In this document: one piece after another, positions 54,388 to 58,302 of the stretch | Layout: the number at the start of each line of letters is the position of its first letter | Numbering within the stretch: position 1 is the first letter of the stretch | Assembly (NCBI GenBank): GCA_963977705.1 | Contig: CAXBSH010000001.1 | Location: 1 to 58,302 of the forward strand | Direction of reading: 5' to 3' | From: an uncultured Planctomycetaceae bacterium | GTDB lineage: Bacteria > Planctomycetota > Planctomycetia > Planctomycetales > Planctomycetaceae | DNA: 58,302 nt | Position numbers and translations under genes: made by a program | The notes under the pieces: generated by a model | Told to the model about the DNA's origin: nothing | The model's input: the letters and a program-made list of their open reading frames with translations, nothing else | The model's database searches: none

Positions 54388-57300
54388 TTAGGGTGCGGCA
54401 GCAGCCGTGTGTCTGCCGGGTGGCTGTTTCAGGAACGCAAGGATGTCGGCCATCTGTGTAATGGTTACATCCTTCTCGATTCCTTCGGGCATGAGTGATC
54501 GATTGGTGGCCCGCAGTTCTTCCACATCGCTGCGATTCAGGCTCGATTCCCGACCTTCTGCCTGTCGAAGTGTGATTGTCTGCGGTGTTTCGCTGACCAG
54601 CAGACCGTTCAGCAGTCTGCCGTCAGTTGTGACAATGACGTATTCAGAAAACTGTGGATCCACACGACGGTTCGGGTCAAGGATATCATAGAGCAGGGCG
54701 TCTGCTGCCCGTGCACGCGTATCACTGATGTCCGGTCCCACGCCTTGACCGACACTGCCGATTCGATGACATTTGCTGCAGGTTCGTTCAAAAACAAGGG
54801 CTCCGCGCTGCGGATCGCCTTCCGTCTGCAGTGCTGCGGCGTATTCTTCGGCAACCTTGCGACGATCTGCCGAAACCGTGCCCCCAAACAGTTTTCTCGC
54901 CGTTTCCTGAATGGCCTTGTCGGGATTCTGGAGCAGAGGCAATCTTTGATCGATGGACAGGCTGGCGGGCAGGATTATGCCGCTCTGCATCCGCTCAAGC
55001 AGCAGACTGAGACTGTCTCGACGACTGAGAAACAGGTCAACAGCAGCCGAGCGTGCAGCGGGTGTCAGGGTGGGCCACGCATCCATGACCTGCTGTGCAG
55101 CATCCGGTCGTCCGGTGCGACGCACCATTTCCACAGCCGCCTTCTGGCAGGCAGATGATTCGCCCGAAGCCAGCAGGCTGGTGATAGCAGTCTGCAGTTG
55201 CGTCGGGGGCAGCTGCGGGAGCAGTGTCATGGCAGCGATCCTGTCGACGTCAGATAGTTTCCGATCGACAGCATGGAGTGCGGCTGTATCCAGGACCTGC
55301 TGAATTCCCTGCAGGTCGTCCAGAAGTGCCGCAGGTGGGTTCTGCAGGAGTTCAGTGAGGGATTTGGGAAGCTCAGCGCTGCGAGCGCGTGGGAGTCCTT
55401 CCGACAATCCAACGACAATGGCCGTACGGAACCAGACGGGGGTGGCGGCAGGGTCTTTGACTGTCGTGGCGATAAGTCGGAGAGCGGTGAGATCTGCATA
55501 GACACAGCTGTTCAGGGTCAGTCGCCTGACGTAATCCTGTCGAGCAGCAAGGACAGTCTGATTCTGCGACGATGGACCTGCTGGTGAGGCGAGCGACTGC
55601 AGGACCTGCGGTGCAGCCTGTGGTACGGAAAGCAGAAATGCTCGCTGTAGCCACGGATCGTCAGAAGTGGCTGTTTTTGCAGCGGCCTGTAAAAGGTCTG
55701 AATCCGTGTTCCGCAGTGCCAGCAAGGCGTAGAATTGCACGGTGGGTTCAGGATCTGCGAGCAGTTGTTTCAGTGTCTGTGCTCTTTCTGTGGGATTCTG
55801 CAGCAGGTGGGCAAGCTGAGCGACATCACGTCGAATGCTGGTGAACGGGTCACTGGCGGCCGCAGTCAGATCAGCGGAAGTCAGTACACCGAGTCCGTGC
55901 AGAGTCCAGAGTGCATGCAGTCGGCCGAAGCTGGCGTGCAGATCTGAGTTACGGCCTGTCAGCAGATTTCTGAGCATTGGAATTGCGGTGGGGTCTTTTG
56001 TTTCCAGAAGCAGTCGCTGTCCGAGTTGCCTGCGCCAGCCATTGGCATCGCTCAGCAGGGCGATGTAGTCAGCTGTCGATCGTGGCGATCGGAAGGAACT
56101 GGCAGTTGAGTGTTCGGGAGTGATTCTCCAGATACGCCCACGATCCTCGCCGGCGCGCCAATCCATGCGAGCGGCTACGTCATCCGGAACAAATTTCGGG
56201 TGTTCAACCCATAATCGATACATGTCAGCAAGGTAGAGTGAGCCATCAGGGCCGGTTGTCAGGCTGGCAGGTCTGAACCATGTATCGGTGGATGTCAGAA
56301 AGTCGGCGGTGTCGCGAGCTCGCAGCGTGGTCAGCCCAGCCCCGTCGGTGGTGACTACTGACCGTGTGACAAGGTGTCCAACTGGTTCGCAGACAAAGAG
56401 TGACTGATCTGATTCAGGACCGGCGAGCCCGCCACGATATGCTGTGACACCGCAGGCTGACGTATGTGTGCCAGCATGAGAGAGCCAGTTGCTTTTCATG
56501 GCGACTCGGGGATAAACACGCGTTTTTTCTCCGGCAGGGCCGGCATCTGTGTGTCCGGATGTGACTGCTGCGAAAGCATTGCGTGCCAGTTGCTCTGATG
56601 TGAACATGGCAGTCATGGAAGGGTTGCGATTTGAACTGAAAAAGCGACGTCCGTAGCTGTCCACGGTGTTTCCGAACTGCCCCGCGCCGGTCACGGCCTC
56701 AAACTTCATGGTGTATGGATCGAAACAGAAGTCTACTCTTGGTATTTCGACTGGATCTGGTGATTCGAAACCCGGACGCACACAGCGAACTTTGCCATGG
56801 CCGTAGGTGCACCAGATACGATTATCAAGACCGATGCGAGGGCAGCCGATCTGCATTTGCGGGTGTGCGGGCGTAAAGCCTTCAAACCATGTTTCCACCC
56901 GGTCAGCGGTGCGATCGTGGTTATCGTCCGGCAGGTAGACGATGCTGGTTTCTGTACAGGCCAGAACTCCGGTGCCCCACGCCAGAACGCTATGGCAGAA
57001 CTTGAGGTGTCTGGCGAAAACGAAACGCTGATCCATGCGACCATCATTGTCGGTGTCCTGCAGCAGAACAATCTGCGAGAGGGCAGGAGAGGCCGGGTCT
57101 TTCGGACCGACGGGGTAATCGCCGTATTCGGCCACGAACATTCGGCCGGTGGCGTCAAAATCGATAGCAACGGGGTCAAAAACGAGGGGCTCTGCTGCTA
57201 CAAGTTCGATTCGATAGCCTGGTTCAATCTCGAAACAGGCCGCTGACTCAGCAGGGCTTTTGGGGGCAGCGGTTGGTTGATCAATCCAGTGGCGTCCACC

Positions 57301-57399
57301 GCGCTGCTGCTCGATGGTTGTCACAAGGTCATCTGCAGGAGGCTGTGGCATCAGGACCAGCAGGGAAAACAGCAGATTTACCAGCTTCAACAGCACCAT
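54388..57399 (-). CDS. PVC-type haem-binding protein: membrane-bound-dehydrogenase (beta-propeller) domain + HEAT repeats + C-terminal CxxCH domain
   Basis: 1003 aa. Leader 'MVLLKLVNLLFSLLVLMPQP'; 'IELVAAEPLVFDPVAIDFDATGRMFVAEYGDYP'; CSKCH at 54766-54780, followed by 'GPDISD...LDPN...DGRLLNGL...SLMPEGIE'. This matches the TIGR02604/TIGR02603-type layout and the middle of the 1823-aa protein. Confidence 0.9.
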   Translation of the reverse strand: MVLLKLVNLLFSLLVLMPQPPADDLVTTIEQQRGGRHWIDQPTAAPKSPAESAACFEIEPGYRIELVAAEPLVFDPVAIDFDATGRMFVAEYGDYPVGPKDPASPALSQIVLLQDTDNDGRMDQRFVFARHLKFCHSVLAWGTGVLACTETSIVYLPDDNHDRTADRVETWFEGFTPAHPQMQIGCPRIGLDNRIWCTYGHGKVRCVRPGFESPDPVEIPRVDFCFDPYTMKFEAVTGAGQFGNTVDSYGRRFFSSNRNPSMTAMFTSEQLARNAFAAVTSGHTDAGPAGEKTRVYPRVAMKSNWLSHAGTHTSACGVTAYRGGLAGPESDQSLFVCEPVGHLVTRSVVTTDGAGLTTLRARDTADFLTSTDTWFRPASLTTGPDGSLYLADMYRLWVEHPKFVPDDVAARMDWRAGEDRGRIWRITPEHSTASSFRSPRSTADYIALLSDANGWRRQLGQRLLLETKDPTAIPMLRNLLTGRNSDLHASFGRLHALWTLHGLGVLTSADLTAAASDPFTSIRRDVAQLAHLLQNPTERAQTLKQLLADPEPTVQFYALLALRNTDSDLLQAAAKTATSDDPWLQRAFLLSVPQAAPQVLQSLASPAGPSSQNQTVLAARQDYVRRLTLNSCVYADLTALRLIATTVKDPAATPVWFRTAIVVGLSEGLPRARSAELPKSLTELLQNPPAALLDDLQGIQQVLDTAALHAVDRKLSDVDRIAAMTLLPQLPPTQLQTAITSLLASGESSACQKAAVEMVRRTGRPDAAQQVMDAWPTLTPAARSAAVDLFLSRRDSLSLLLERMQSGIILPASLSIDQRLPLLQNPDKAIQETARKLFGGTVSADRRKVAEEYAAALQTEGDPQRGALVFERTCSKCHRIGSVGQGVGPDISDTRARAADALLYDILDPNRRVDPQFSEYVIVTTDGRLLNGLLVSETPQTITLRQAEGRESSLNRSDVEELRATNRSLMPEGIEKDVTITQMADILAFLKQPPGRHTAAAAP

Positions 57400-57530
57400 T
57401 GTAGGCTCCGAGAATGGCAGGGTGTGTCGGCGGGAGCAGGATTCACAGGGAAGGGCAGGAACGGGGTTTCCCGAGTGTCTGATTGTCTCAGCAATTGTCG
57501 GCGGTTGCCAGTGAATATCCGAAGCTCAGC

Positions 57531-58019
57531 TCAACGACGGACTCGAATCGTATCTGAGAGCCATGGATCAGCTGTACAGATTGAGTGAAGTCTGCACGTT
57601 ATAAGGATAGTCCAATCGGTGTCTGGAGGCACACTGCGGAGTAATTTCAGATTATTTTCTGACAGTGCGACCAGCACCTGTTGCAGTCTGGTGTGCATTT
57701 GCCGGCGAAACTGCAGGAGTTCTTCACTGGTTAATTGGGACTGCAGAAGCTGTGTTTCCGTTTCGGTTCTGATTCTTTCAAGGCGAGCAAGTCCGTTGTA
57801 CTGACTGCGGAACAGGAAGCCAGCAACGAAGGCGCGGCGGAGTCGACCGTCCGGGTCGAAGTGGTAAACCTGGTCCTGGCCGAAAAAGAAGCTGGATGCC
57901 TGATTTCGGAGTCCGATGGTCAGTGGTTCGTGCAGTTCCGGCAGAGAAAACTCAGCGCGAGGCAGCAGCGCCACTGCCTCCCGAATCAGGTCCTCGCGTT
58001 CAGATTCGTGGCGTGCCAT
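57531..58019 (-). CDS. hypothetical protein (162 aa)
   Basis: ORF only. The composition looks globular and there is no signal peptide or recognisable motif. It is co-directional with, and 131 nt upstream of, the 1003-aa gene. Confidence 0.55.
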   Translation of the reverse strand: MARHESEREDLIREAVALLPRAEFSLPELHEPLTIGLRNQASSFFFGQDQVYHFDPDGRLRRAFVAGFLFRSQYNGLARLERIRTETETQLLQSQLTSEELLQFRRQMHTRLQQVLVALSENNLKLLRSVPPDTDWTILITCRLHSICTADPWLSDTIRVRR

Positions 58020-58238
58020 GTTGACGAAATTCCGGATCGGGGAGCGAATACTTGACCGTTTGGCGGGATTCTAATCGGCTTTTCGTCGCTGGAAAATGGC
58101 TGCGAGAGCGCGGTTGATTTGTGCCTTTTGACGGGAATGGTAGATTTCAGCATTGTTTTGTGGTGGTTTCGGGTCGCGAAGGTAGTGCTGCGAAAGGCGC
58201 TTTATGCGGACAGTTCTGAGCAGGTTGGTTTTTTTTTT

Positions 58239-58302
58239 CAAGCAGAAGACGGCATACGAGATTGGTCAGTGACTGGAGTTCAGACGTGTGCTCTTCCGAT
58301 CT
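58239..58302. other. Illumina TruSeq P7 indexed adapter (non-biological)
   Basis: 58239-58262 is CAAGCAGAAGACGGCATACGAGAT. 58263-58268 is TGGTCA, the reverse complement of TGACCA (TruSeq index 4). 58269-58302 is GTGACTGGAGTTCAGACGTGTGCTCTTCCGATCT. The adapter is preceded by T10 at 58229-58238. Confidence 0.98.

Noticed and set aside
1-58302. A scan for CRISPR arrays, rRNA genes, IS elements, integrases, prophage genes and toxin-antitoxin or known defence-system genes.
   Set aside because: I saw no regularly spaced repeats, no transposase, integrase or recombinase motifs, no terminal inverted repeats and no nuclease/ATPase pairs typical of defence islands. The window reads as core chromosome. 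This was a by-eye scan, so short or degenerate elements could have been missed.

Overview
This is a 58.3-kb, densely coding chromosomal segment that looks GC-rich by eye (GC not computed). The gene content points to Planctomycetota. This is an inference from family content: a PSCyt1/DUF1549/DUF1553 giant protein paired with a DUF1501 protein, two PVC-type dehydrogenase-domain/HEAT/CxxCH haem proteins, and many exported giant proteins. I call 34 CDSs, one intrinsic terminator, one promoter-region direct repeat and one sequencing-adapter artefact. I saw no rRNA, tRNA, CRISPR array, transposase, integrase or phage genes. Recognisable housekeeping genes are an M20 peptidase, ptsI, RNase G/E, yggS, an IMPase-family gene, argJ, pcm, a DapA-family aldolase, an S46 peptidase and an SPFH protein. 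The best candidate for something undescribed is a 9.9-kb two-gene operon (22266-32121, minus strand). It encodes three tandem modules of about 1,050-1,140 aa, each with a signal peptide, a large motif-less domain and a C-terminal membrane anchor. Modules 2 and 3 are fused in frame across an internal signal-peptide-like segment. The operon lies next to a putative outer-membrane barrel gene and to an orphan tadE/cpaB/tadG-like trio. Other notable items are: a neutral-ceramidase-like domain fused to a PVC-type haem protein in a 1823-aa protein, with a 1003-aa paralogue 43 kb away; an MsbA-like exporter, ELM1/GtrOC1-like glycosyltransferase and two sulfotransferases in one co-directional cluster; an exported isoaspartyl methyltransferase with a C-terminal jelly-roll-like domain, flanked by two exported thioredoxin-fold proteins. 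The final 64 nt (58239-58302) are an Illumina TruSeq P7 indexed adapter preceded by T10, so the right contig end is an artefact. All product calls rest on motifs read by eye; no database search was run.
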